Part shown: positions 24,457-33,193 of the stretch, piece after piece | Position numbering within the stretch: position 1 is the first letter of the stretch | Layout: the number at the start of each line of letters is the position of its first letter | UHGV virus genome: UHGV-1367882 | From: a virus | Reading direction: 5' to 3' (one strand) | DNA: 38,869 nucleotides | The notes under the pieces: model-generated | Told to the model about the DNA's origin: nothing | Database searches by the model: none | The model's input: only the letters and a program-made list of their open reading frames with translations | Program-made: the position numbers and the translations under genes

Positions 24457-24863
24457 CCGTCAATCCCCCTCGGCAATACGTCCAACCGCCAATTCGGTCC
24501 GTGTGGTACCGACATCCGTTTCTGGTTGTAAAGGGCGGCCATCAGCGATTGATTGTCGCTGTCGCTCTCACTTTGCGCCAAAAACATAGCCACGCCGTAT
24601 GGCATAACCTCCTGAACGGTTCGGGGAGACAGACGGACCGGCTCCGCCATGTTGCACAGCTCCTTCCAGCACAGGGGCTTTTTCCCCCGCTTGGAATGCG
24701 TCTCGCTGTGTTCAATGTGCCACAGATCGGAATATACCTGGTTGAGGATCGCCAGGCCGCGCTTGTACAGTTCTCCGGACTGTTGTCCGTCTACCTCGCC
24801 GAAACGGTTGGTGTAGTTCAGCAGCACCAGCGCCCGATCCATCACGTCTCTCCCTGTCACCAT
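24453..24863 (-). CDS. Head-tail joining candidate (136 aa)
   Basis: The call is by position downstream of the capsid gene. Confidence 0.3.
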   Translation of the reverse strand: MVTGRDVMDRALVLLNYTNRFGEVDGQQSGELYKRGLAILNQVYSDLWHIEHSETHSKRGKKPLCWKELCNMAEPVRLSPRTVQEVMPYGVAMFLAQSESDSDNQSLMAALYNQKRMSVPHGPNWRLDVLPRGIDG

Positions 24864-24918
24864 TCGATTCCCTCCGTATCCCTGCGGGGGAATGTTCCCC
24901 CGCAGGGTGCTTCACGGT

Positions 24919-25137
24919 TTACTTCCGTCGCCTTACCGGCTCCGGCTTCTTCTCTTCCCCTTCCGGGGCCGCGCTCTCCTCCGGCTGCTCCTTGGAAATG
25001 TTCTCTTCCCCTTCCGGGACGGAAGGCACTTTCGACGGTTCATCCTCCACAAGATGGAACCCGTCCCCCAGCAGCTGATCGCGCCGCGACACCGTGGCCG
25101 CGTACTTGTGGACATTCTCCTTTACCAGATGGTACAT
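24919..25137 (-). CDS. Small acidic protein (72 aa)
   Basis: ORF immediately downstream of the capsid gene. Pro/Glu-rich C-terminus. Confidence 0.3.
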   Translation of the reverse strand: MYHLVKENVHKYAATVSRRDQLLGDGFHLVEDEPSKVPSVPEGEENISKEQPEESAAPEGEEKKPEPVRRRK

Positions 25138-25151
25138 GCTCTATCCTCCTA

Positions 25152-26075
25152 TCAGGCCCCCACCGTGTAGGAATACGCAAACACGGTGCCCTCCATGCTC
25201 TTCTTAATGAAAGCATCATAGTATAGGCGGTAGTCCAGTTTGTAGGCATCCATGCTTTGGTTTTTATTCGGCTCAAAAATACGGATTTTCTCCGTTTTCT
25301 TCACCAGCGACGTGGCCCGCTTCGGCAGGATAATCAGTCCCACATTTTTTGCAGAAGCCGCCGGGGCAAAACCGCCCGCCTCCTGATCTTCTGTGGTACC
25401 GTCATTGAAAGTGAACGCCGTCTTCATGCGGGCGTCCGCCACCGGGATGATCGCCACGTCGTTGAGCTTTTTCACTTTCGTCGAAATCTCACCCTTTTTG
25501 AAATCGCTGATCACGATCTGGCGGGACACTTCGGCGCTGGTCTGAAGAGCGCTCCACATGGCGCTGTCCACAAACGCCACCAGCTCTTCATCATAGCCGG
25601 TCACATTCTGGACCTTTCCCACCCCTTCGACAAACATCTTGTACGCCTGAGATGCCGGGGTGCCCGTAATGGTCTGCTTCTTGGTTTCCGCCAGGGTCGC
25701 CAGTTTGGACAAAATATAGGCGTCCATTTCCGGAGCCACCTGCGTGCGGACGAATTCGCCCATTACCTGACCGGCCAGGTTCGCAATGCCGGTTTCATCC
25801 TCGTCCTCACTATCCAGATGGAATGTGCGGGCACGGTCCTGGGAGAGGGTATATGCGTTGTGGGTCAAGGTCAAGGCGCCGGTTACAAAACCTTTGTCCC
25901 GGTCATAGTCGCCCAGGCCGGACATCTCCAGGGTGGGGATCAGCACCGTTTTCGCACCCACGAATTTGCTGCGGAACACGTTGTCGGCCATAAAGCCCGT
26001 AACCGATTTCTGTACCAGGGCTTTATCCAGCTCCTGAGACAGTTTCTCCACAAAAGTCAACGTATTGATTGCCAT
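25152..26075 (-). CDS. Major capsid protein (HK97-fold candidate)
   Basis: 307 aa. It follows the scaffold gene. Start context is good. Confidence 0.6.
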   Translation of the reverse strand: MAINTLTFVEKLSQELDKALVQKSVTGFMADNVFRSKFVGAKTVLIPTLEMSGLGDYDRDKGFVTGALTLTHNAYTLSQDRARTFHLDSEDEDETGIANLAGQVMGEFVRTQVAPEMDAYILSKLATLAETKKQTITGTPASQAYKMFVEGVGKVQNVTGYDEELVAFVDSAMWSALQTSAEVSRQIVISDFKKGEISTKVKKLNDVAIIPVADARMKTAFTFNDGTTEDQEAGGFAPAASAKNVGLIILPKRATSLVKKTEKIRIFEPNKNQSMDAYKLDYRLYYDAFIKKSMEGTVFAYSYTVGA

Positions 26076-26105
26076 GTTGTTTCCTCTCTTTCTTTCTCCT
26101 GTTTG

Positions 26106-26963
26106 TTAATTTAAGGCGCGGGACAGCCCCGCCATCAAGGCTTCCATAACCTCGTTGGGGGCGTCTATGTTGGACGCCATCGACCCGGCGGTATTCTTCG
26201 CCGCGGCTGCCGCGCTTCCCTCTTCCGCCTGCCGCCGTCGCGCTTCGGACCGCTCAAACCTCAGATACGCATCGTACAGCGATATGCCCTTCCCGACAGC
26301 AGTATCCACAACCGTCTGCGGCACATCCTTGAATTCCTTGAAGTCCGGCACTTCCTTGGACAGCTCCACGAATTCGCTGGCCAGCCGTTCCGTAAGCGCT
26401 TCCTTCTTCTGGGATACCGCCTGTTCCCGCTTCTGCGACGCAGCCGACACCTGTTCGCTGTATTTCCGATCCGCTTCTGCCTTACGGTAAGCGTGCACCT
26501 GTTTGGCCAATGCTTCGTCCTGGTGGCACTCCGCCAAAATGCGGTTGTATTCTGCTTTTTCATTGCTCTCCACCAGGGCGTCAATCAGACCGGATACATC
26601 CTTATCACAGCTGGCCGCCAGGCGCTGGAGCTTCGCATAGCTATCTCCGAAGCTGTCCCACATCAACCCTTTTTCCACATAGGGGGCAGCCTCTTCTGCG
26701 GGGATTTCCCTCTCTTCGCCGTCGGGGTCGATGACGCGCAATACTGCCTTCTCCCCCCCTCCGCTTCCCTTCTCATCCTCTTTCTCCTCCGGCTCGGCGG
26801 AAGGCGCTGCCGGTCCTGCCTCCTGTCCTTCTCCCTCTGCCGTCTTCTCCTCCGGTTCCTGACCTTCGGTATCTTTCGGCGCAGCGGCATCCTCCGGTGT
26901 TTCCGGCGCTTCTACCGTTTCTTCTACGGCAGATTCCACTTTTGTTTCCTCCATTGTTTTCAT
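26106..26963 (-). CDS. Scaffolding protein
   Basis: Highly acidic Glu/Ala-rich helical protein (EETVEAPETPEDAAAPKDTEGQEPEEK...). It sits between the portal and capsid genes. ATG at 26963 has RBS AGGAAAGG. Confidence 0.55.
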   Translation of the reverse strand: MKTMEETKVESAVEETVEAPETPEDAAAPKDTEGQEPEEKTAEGEGQEAGPAAPSAEPEEKEDEKGSGGGEKAVLRVIDPDGEEREIPAEEAAPYVEKGLMWDSFGDSYAKLQRLAASCDKDVSGLIDALVESNEKAEYNRILAECHQDEALAKQVHAYRKAEADRKYSEQVSAASQKREQAVSQKKEALTERLASEFVELSKEVPDFKEFKDVPQTVVDTAVGKGISLYDAYLRFERSEARRRQAEEGSAAAAAKNTAGSMASNIDAPNEVMEALMAGLSRALN

Positions 26964-26976
26964 CCTTTCCTGTAAC

Positions 26977-28896
26977 CTATAGTGTGGTGCCTGTCGGCAT
27001 GGTTTCCGGCGTCCTCGCCGTATGAGATAGGACATTCTTAATCAAGGCCGTCTTTGCCTGCTGCGGCATGGAGTTATAGACCTCCTGCAAATCCGGGGAC
27101 AATGCCGCCACAATGTCCTGTTCACTGGGCATGGCCGCGTCTGGCGCTCCTGGTTGTCCTCCCGCCCCTGCCGCAGCGGCCGCCTCCGGTGCTGGTGCTG
27201 CCGCCTGCTGCATTTCCCGGATCAGCCCGGCCACATTGGGCACCGTCCCTTTGGGCAGCCTGCTCAGGTACTGCACGGCGTCAATGACCTGCCGGTCAAA
27301 CAGATTGTCCAGTGTGCGGATGGACTGGCTCTCGCTCCACAGGGTGGAGGCTCCCACGTCGATGCGGGCGTTGATTACCAGGTCGCGGTACCGTTTGGCT
27401 TCAAAGGGCATGTACCAGGTCCCGCTTTCATCCTGTACCTTCAAGCTCCGGTTGCCGTACATCATCACCCAGAATTCAGCCCAAATGCGGGCAACATCCT
27501 CACAGAAGCTGTAAAAGCGGTTCTGTACCATTTGCAGCGGCATGGTGGCCGCTTCCCGGACGGCGATAATGGCGGAGGTGTTGTCCGGCCTCATGTTTCC
27601 CAAAGCCGCATCGTTGGCCCCCGCCTGGGTCATGGTCTGGGAAATCATGCTCTCGATATTCTCGTCAAATTTCGGGGAGAAGTTGGGCGGGTTAACGTAT
27701 CGCACGGCCCCCGCCACATCCGATTCACCGCCGAACACTTTGATGACCTGCCCGGGATCGTTGGTGATGTCTCCGGTCACGATATCCCCGTTGGCTATCA
27801 TGATCGGCATGCCCATGGTCATCACCGCCCACACCGAGGCGGTGATCATCCGGTTTATGGCAATCTGGTTGGGGATCAGATAGGTGATCTCACTGTCACC
27901 ATACACGCAGCTGTGACGCCGCTCCCACGAAAACTTTGCCACCGGATACAGGCGGATGCCCATGTCCCATTCCTTGCGGATGGTCGCCCCCCGGCACACC
28001 TGCACCGCTTTAATCGTGTAGCCGGACCCGTCCTCATTCCACTCCTTCCACATCTTGGTTAGGACGGTTGCTTTCCTGGATTCCTGCGGCTCGTCTTCCC
28101 CCCGCTGTCCTGCCATATACTCAGTGTCCCTATCCTCCGCTATCCTTTCGATCTCTTCCCGGGGCCGCTTGTTCCTCCGGGCCTCCCTCCGCAGCTCCTT
28201 GATGCTTTTTCGCTGGGCGATGAGGATATACGGCTGCCCCTGCACATCGTCCAGATTGGGATCGCCGAAATAGACATTTTCAATGTCCAGCACCTCACAG
28301 GCAATGTCTCCCTTAATGGGCGTCCTCCGCGAAATGTCGGCGTACAGGCCGGTTCGGATGCGGTCGTCCCACCAGGTGTACAGTATGCCGGTTCCGGTGC
28401 AATAAGCGTTGCGCAGCGCGGTCTCTTTCAAGTCGTCGAATTTCAGCCGTTCCGCCGTGGTGCGGAAGTAATCGGACATGGCCGACATGATCACGTTGAT
28501 TTCGCTGTCCGTCGTCGGGCCTTCGCCAAACGGGGTGTTCACGCCGATTCCGTTTATCCCCTGCTCACCGATTACACGGTCTTTGAGCTCCCGTGTGCGC
28601 TCCTGAAGCTCCAGGGTATTGGGGATGCCGTCGGCGGTATAGTTGACCGTGATGGGGCTTGCCCCCACAACCGCCATTTTGTAATCGCCGATCCGCTTGA
28701 TGACGTTGTACCGCACCAGTGGCCGGTCATCTCCACAGTTCACGCCATACCACTGATCGCCCACATACATACGTTCATTGGCCTTGTTCTGTTCATACAG
28801 CCCCTTTTTCCCCAGCTGGGCCTTGAACTGAGCTCCGGCTTTATATTCCGCCCAAACGCGGGACGGATCGCTTTGTTTGCGTTCCTCCACGGTCAA
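26977..28896 (-). CDS. Portal protein candidate (639 aa)
   Basis: Large ORF downstream of terL and upstream of the scaffold and capsid genes. The family is not confirmed by motif. Confidence 0.5.
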   Translation of the reverse strand: MTVEERKQSDPSRVWAEYKAGAQFKAQLGKKGLYEQNKANERMYVGDQWYGVNCGDDRPLVRYNVIKRIGDYKMAVVGASPITVNYTADGIPNTLELQERTRELKDRVIGEQGINGIGVNTPFGEGPTTDSEINVIMSAMSDYFRTTAERLKFDDLKETALRNAYCTGTGILYTWWDDRIRTGLYADISRRTPIKGDIACEVLDIENVYFGDPNLDDVQGQPYILIAQRKSIKELRREARRNKRPREEIERIAEDRDTEYMAGQRGEDEPQESRKATVLTKMWKEWNEDGSGYTIKAVQVCRGATIRKEWDMGIRLYPVAKFSWERRHSCVYGDSEITYLIPNQIAINRMITASVWAVMTMGMPIMIANGDIVTGDITNDPGQVIKVFGGESDVAGAVRYVNPPNFSPKFDENIESMISQTMTQAGANDAALGNMRPDNTSAIIAVREAATMPLQMVQNRFYSFCEDVARIWAEFWVMMYGNRSLKVQDESGTWYMPFEAKRYRDLVINARIDVGASTLWSESQSIRTLDNLFDRQVIDAVQYLSRLPKGTVPNVAGLIREMQQAAAPAPEAAAAAGAGGQPGAPDAAMPSEQDIVAALSPDLQEVYNSMPQQAKTALIKNVLSHTARTPETMPTGTTL

Positions 28897-29123
28897 TCAC
28901 CCTCTTTTGGGTCAGGCCTTTCAAAGCCATCATAATTCATGAAGTTTTCCATCTGTTTGCGCTGGATGCGCTCCTCTTCGCTTTCACCGGATCTTTTTGA
29001 TTTTACCGGACGCAGCCGGTTCCGGGCGGCTGGCGCCTGGTCCTTCTGCCCTGCGCTCCGCTTGCCCAATTCATAAGCGATCAGCACCGCCAGCATGCCA
29101 ACAGCTGAACACACGAACTCCAT
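28893..29123 (-). CDS. Small protein (76 aa) between terL and the portal gene
   Basis: ATG shares one nucleotide with the terL stop (TGATG). ATGA overlap with the portal start. N-terminal hydrophobic helix. Confidence 0.35.
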   Translation of the reverse strand: MEFVCSAVGMLAVLIAYELGKRSAGQKDQAPAARNRLRPVKSKRSGESEEERIQRKQMENFMNYDGFERPDPKEGD

Positions 29124-30481
29124 CAACCGCCCCAACCTCCTCGGAAATCATCTGCGCGGATCCCCGGCGACATCGACCGTACACCGTGCCGTTTTACCTG
29201 TTCCGGAACGCCTGTCTTGGGGTTAATGCCAGGGTCCGGGTGGAAATACTTGATGTCCAGCATAGCGTACCGCAAAGCGTCCATCAGGTGATTGTCCGCG
29301 TCTACGGGACGATTGATCACGCCATCCCCCTTGTCCTGCTCCCAGACGTAGGAGGACAGTTCGGCAATGGTGTTTTTGCATCGGGGATGTACGATCATCT
29401 GGTATTCCTGCAGCCGGGAGATCCCGTGAATCACGCTGTCCGGCCCTTTCTCGGCAGGCAGCAGCCGGGAGATCCCCATGCGCCGGATATCTTCGTTGGA
29501 TTTTGGCTCCGCCGAATCCGACCGGATGCGCTCTTTGGCGTACCCCTTGCGCTTGATCATTTCGGCAATATCGCTGTTGAGCATCCGTTTTTGATAATGC
29601 TCGTCATAGATGTACAGCAATTTATCTATAGGGTTCACTGCTACGGCTATAAACGCCGTGGGATCGTTGGTATAGCCGTAGTCCAGCCCGAACAGGTGCT
29701 TGTATTTCCACTGCTCCGGCAGCTTCTCCGGATCAAACTCTTCCACGCGCCACCGGTCATAGATCAGCCCTTCCGATATGCCCCATTCGCCCAAACCGGC
29801 GACAGCGTATTTCCGGGGATGGTTGATCCGCATATCCTCGTATGCTGCCCGATCCACCTCATCCAGCCATTCGTTGCACAGGTAATTGGTGGTCATGGCC
29901 AGGACGTTGTCGCTTGGATTATCGAAAAAGCGCTTTTTCAACCAGCTTTTTTCACTCCAAGGATTGAAGGTCAGGGTGGTCTGCTTGAACAGCGGCTCCG
30001 GCACATTGCCCCGGGGAGCGGACAAGTCCAATTTGTCAAAATCCGCTTCGGACTGGATTTCAAACGCTTCTTCGATCCAGACCCAGCAAAGATACCCGGA
30101 AGAAACGGTGGTGGACGCCAGCTTGTCAACGTCGTCAAATCCCCGGAACAATATCCGGTTGCCGTTGGGGGTGTATTGCATCTCTAATGGGTTTTCGATA
30201 CACCGCCAGTATTTGTCTACCTGGAACCGCTTCACCGCCCATTTGAGCTGCGAGTATGTCGAATCACGGTGTGTATTGAATACGTTGCGCACCACCAGCA
30301 GATTGGCCCCGGGATATTTCATCAGATGGTAGATGAACCACAGCGCCGCCGTGCTGGATTTCTTGGAGGCTTTCCCTCCCTTGACCACACGGTAACGTTT
30401 CCGGCAGTTCCAGAACTGCTTATAACCTCCCCCGACTATTTCCGGGAGATTGATGGTGATTCTTTCGCCCATATCGCCCAC
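29123..30481 (-). CDS. terL: Terminase large subunit (PBSX XtmB / Terminase_3-like)
   Basis: GGGYKQFWNCRKRYRVVKGGKASKKS is a Walker A-like segment. The C-terminal nuclease region has conserved acidic residues. 452 aa. Confidence 0.85.
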   Translation of the reverse strand: MGDMGERITINLPEIVGGGYKQFWNCRKRYRVVKGGKASKKSSTAALWFIYHLMKYPGANLLVVRNVFNTHRDSTYSQLKWAVKRFQVDKYWRCIENPLEMQYTPNGNRILFRGFDDVDKLASTTVSSGYLCWVWIEEAFEIQSEADFDKLDLSAPRGNVPEPLFKQTTLTFNPWSEKSWLKKRFFDNPSDNVLAMTTNYLCNEWLDEVDRAAYEDMRINHPRKYAVAGLGEWGISEGLIYDRWRVEEFDPEKLPEQWKYKHLFGLDYGYTNDPTAFIAVAVNPIDKLLYIYDEHYQKRMLNSDIAEMIKRKGYAKERIRSDSAEPKSNEDIRRMGISRLLPAEKGPDSVIHGISRLQEYQMIVHPRCKNTIAELSSYVWEQDKGDGVINRPVDADNHLMDALRYAMLDIKYFHPDPGINPKTGVPEQVKRHGVRSMSPGIRADDFRGGWGG

Positions 30482-30984
30482 TCCGTATCTTCAAACAACC
30501 CCAGCAGCGTCGCATTGGCCTGCGTCCCTCGCTGATAGATATAGGGGTTTGCTACCAGCAGCGCCTTTCCTCCGACGCGGCATTTCGCCAGCACGCCTTT
30601 TTCCACCAACCCCGCGATCCCGCGGTAGATGGACCGGTCGCTCATTTCCTTCCGGTACATCTCACACAGCCCGGCAGTGGTTACCTTTTTTCCGTTACGG
30701 TATTCCAATATCCCGGAATTGGTGGCAATCAGCGGCACCACCGCCATAGCCACCCACATTTCCACCGGAGATAACGCTTTGCACAACGGCTCAAAAATAT
30801 CACGGAAGCATTTGACAAATTCCCGCCGCCCGTTGAGCGGGACATATTTTTCGGATAAGCGGCGGAAGCTCTCCACGCTCTCCCGGCGGACAATCCGATC
30901 CCCTTCCCGGATGGTGAGCTCGGAGACTTCCCCTGTCTCCAGCACGAAAGTTCCCAGTTCCCCCATTCTGTTGACAATACCCAT
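30436..30984 (-). CDS. Winged-helix DNA-binding protein translationally coupled to terL
   Basis: IYRGIAGLVEKGVLAKCRVGGK is wHTH-like. It overlaps the terL start by 46 nt. RBS GGAGGC. Confidence 0.45.
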   Translation of the reverse strand: MGIVNRMGELGTFVLETGEVSELTIREGDRIVRRESVESFRRLSEKYVPLNGRREFVKCFRDIFEPLCKALSPVEMWVAMAVVPLIATNSGILEYRNGKKVTTAGLCEMYRKEMSDRSIYRGIAGLVEKGVLAKCRVGGKALLVANPYIYQRGTQANATLLGLFEDTEWAIWAKESPSISRK

Positions 30985-30985
30985 C

Positions 30986-31198
30986 TCATGCCTCCGCGTA
31001 TTTCAGTACAGCGGCGGCGGCTTCTGCCAGCTCCTTGATTTCCTGATCCAGGATCAAACACCGCTTTATGTAATCGTCATTGACCAAAACTCCCGGAGAC
31101 GTTTTCGCCTCGCGGATCAGCTTATCCCGCCTGGCCGCCAACACCGCAGCCTGTTCCCGGTATTCCTCCGCCATGCGCCTGTATTCATCCCGGTTCAT
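30986..31198 (-). CDS. Small coiled-coil protein (70 aa)
   Basis: RBS AGGAGA. ATGA-coupled to the upstream gene. Product MNRDEYRRMAEEYREQAAVLAARRDKLIREAK... Confidence 0.4.
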   Translation of the reverse strand: MNRDEYRRMAEEYREQAAVLAARRDKLIREAKTSPGVLVNDDYIKRCLILDQEIKELAEAAAAVLKYAEA

Positions 31199-31536
31199 GG
31201 CTTTCTCCTTTGAAACACAATGGTTTCCGGAGGAAGGTACGCATCCCATATCTCTCCCTGTTCAAAGGACAGACAGCGAATCTCTCTTTTCAGAACCTCG
31301 CTGGCATCCATCGCTTTTCTGGTAAGCATCAGATCATCCATGATGTCTATGCCCTCCACAATGACCCAGCAATCTATTCCGTCTTCCGCCTCGGTAACAT
31401 AGAACTTTTCAAAGTCGCCCATGGACGTGATAGCTAAAACAGCTTTCAGCGCCGTTTTATCCAGCCTCTCGACAGAACCACGAGAAACACACAGCCGTTT
31501 GTTTATCTGCTTTCTGAGCGTTTTCTTCATAGGCAT
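31195..31536 (-). CDS. Hypothetical protein (113 aa), first gene after the 650-bp spacer
   Basis: RBS GGAGGGG 8 nt before ATG at 31536 (MPMKKTLRK...). Confidence 0.45.
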   Translation of the reverse strand: MPMKKTLRKQINKRLCVSRGSVERLDKTALKAVLAITSMGDFEKFYVTEAEDGIDCWVIVEGIDIMDDLMLTRKAMDASEVLKREIRCLSFEQGEIWDAYLPPETIVFQRRKP

Positions 31537-31579
31537 GGCGCTTACCCCTCCGCTCACTTTATCGCATTAAATCGCTACG

Positions 31580-31628
31580 TTTTTGCCACCGGTGGCAAAA
31601 ATCGGCCTTTTTTCTGCCATATATGGCA
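31580..31628. promoter_or_regulatory. Two adjacent palindromes with shared architecture TTTTTGCCA-N4-TGGCAAAAA
   Basis: tttttgccaccggtggcaaaaa is a 22-bp perfect palindrome. tgccatatatggca is a 14-bp perfect palindrome in A/T flanks. They lie 45-90 bp upstream of the 31536 start codon on the minus strand. Confidence 0.5.
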
Positions 31629-32207
31629 AAAACAAAAATGCCCTCAAACCCTTGCGGCTCTAAGGCTTCACCCCATTTTTTCGGGGTTCTGGCCCTTCTT
31701 TCTCTAATTCGTAGCCCATACTGCTTCGACCTGGCCCTCCCCCACCGCCAAAAACCGCATGATTCTGCAGGTTTGAGCCTCTTCCGCTCCTAACAACAAC
31801 CTATAGCGCCAGCGCCGCCCTTTCACATGGATATGACGGCTCTTTCGGCTCAATCGCTTTACTCAACTAAAGCGGCCTAGAAATCGAAAAAATATTGTGA
31901 GGGGTATCTCGTAGCACGCCCCCCCGGGGCCGCGGGAGCCTCCCCACCCGCCAGCCAACTGCCGCAGCTGGTGGAAGCCACATGGATACACCACTATCGC
32001 TACCCGTACACGCCCCCAGGTATCCCCGCCGCGCCTCGGCATAATGCACAAGGCTAGGCGCTGTATATGCTGTATCCGTGCAATAATCCGCGCTCAACTG
32101 TAACTGTCATAATGCACACACAATATATAGATCAATCCAAAATCCGCATACTACATATTGTGCTGTAAACTATACTCAACAAACATTTAGTATAGTTGAG
32201 CGGCGAA

Positions 32208-32603
32208 TCAATCGGGAAGCTGATCCTCTCCCTTGATGACGACCGGGAGAGCGCCGGTCAACTCCGCCTCGATCCTATCCCTGTATTTGTGGTTGTTTTT
32301 CAGCAGAAATTGCACCATGTGGAAGTCGTTTGTCATGCCATATTCAGCTTGTGAAGCGGCAATTTCGTCATACGCGCGCGAGATCATCCCACATATTGTA
32401 TGTGTATTCTCCCGCATCTCCTCGTCACAGTCTCCGCCATTCGGCTCGCCTCTGGCGTATCTTATAACCGTTTCACGATCCACGCCCAGCGCAACGGCCA
32501 AACGCTCTACGGTCATTGCAACCTTGTGATCCTGTGCCCATTGCCTCGCCTGGCTAATAGCTTCCTCTACTGCAACCGGGTCTGTTAGCTTAGGTCTTGC
32601 CAT
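32208..32603 (-). CDS. terS: Terminase small subunit (YqaS / Terminase_2-like)
   Basis: N-terminal HTH AMTVERLAVALGVDRETVIRYARGE. C-terminal FLLKNNHKYRDRIEAE resembles the conserved FWLKNRxPDKWRD tail of this family. ATG at 32603 (MARPKL). Confidence 0.55.
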   Translation of the reverse strand: MARPKLTDPVAVEEAISQARQWAQDHKVAMTVERLAVALGVDRETVIRYARGEPNGGDCDEEMRENTHTICGMISRAYDEIAASQAEYGMTNDFHMVQFLLKNNHKYRDRIEAELTGALPVVIKGEDQLPD

Positions 32604-32735
32604 ATAATCACCCCTGCATACAGCATAACACACTATATATAGTCTACTTCAAGTCAACCATCACCGATTTTATACAATATTTTGTGATGCAAAAAAATAA
32701 GCCCCAAACGGGGCAAAAAAATTTGAAAATGGGGG

Positions 32736-32764
32736 TTGACATAACGCTACCGTCATGTTATAGT
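32736..32764 (+). promoter_or_regulatory. Near-consensus sigma-70 promoter with extended -10 (TTGACA-17-TGtTATAGT)
   Basis: Read directly from the sequence. It is divergent from terS and drives the plus-strand accessory island. Confidence 0.7.
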
Positions 32765-32819
32765 ATAAGCGTAGCAAGGGGCAGCGCCACCATCCTGACA
32801 AGGATTGGAGGTGGTGCCG

Positions 32820-32903
32820 ATGGGTAAGCAAATAGTGCGATACATAATATGCGTGCTTACATTGCTTGTCCTCGCTGTACTGTTTTGCTTTCGGGCAAAA
32901 TAA
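32820..32903 (+). CDS. Candidate 27-aa hydrophobic leader peptide
   Basis: RBS GGAGGTGG then ATG. Product MGKQIVRYIICVLTLLVLAVLFCFRAK. It is immediately followed by a hairpin. Confidence 0.3.
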   Translation: MGKQIVRYIICVLTLLVLAVLFCFRAK

Positions 32904-32905
32904 AA

Positions 32906-32936
32906 GATCGCTAGCCTATTGCGCAGGCTAACGATC
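32906..32936 (+). promoter_or_regulatory. 12-bp-stem hairpin / imperfect palindrome (gatcgctagcct-attgcgc-aggctaacgatc)
   Basis: 11 of 12 positions pair. There is no U-tract. It lies between the leader peptide and the RHH gene. Confidence 0.4.
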
Positions 32937-33001
32937 AAGCAGCAAGCAACACTCACAGCAGGTGCTGCCTCTTGTCTACACTATAACAGATTAAGGAGGC
33001 G

Positions 33002-33193
33002 ATGTCAACGGGGAAAGTGTCGTACACAGTCAGGAAAAGGTATGAGGATAAAACGTATAAACAGATCGCCTTCCGAGTGCCTATTGACCTGGCGAAAAGA
33101 TTCCGCGAAGTTACCCACATGCGCGGAGACAGTCAAGCGCAGATCTTAAAAGAGGCAATCGAAGAGTATCTGCAAAAGGCTAAAAGAGAATGA
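33002..33193 (+). CDS. Ribbon-helix-helix (CopG/Arc-like) protein, 63 aa
   Basis: RBS AAGGAGG. IAFRVPIDLAKRFREVTHMRGDSQAQILKEAIEEYL is an RHH fold signature. Confidence 0.55.
   Translation: MSTGKVSYTVRKRYEDKTYKQIAFRVPIDLAKRFREVTHMRGDSQAQILKEAIEEYLQKAKRE

Noticed and set aside
27154-30187. Long plus-strand ORFs antisense to the portal and terL genes (27154..28062, 28997..30187), and similar ones opposite the capsid and 722-aa genes
   Set aside because: Antisense shadow ORFs of strongly supported minus-strand genes. No RBS or recognisable motifs.
31863-32097. 62-aa and 76-aa minus-strand ORFs in the GC-rich spacer
   Set aside because: They use alternative start codons and have no RBS. Their composition reflects GC richness. 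The region is better treated as non-coding (see finding).
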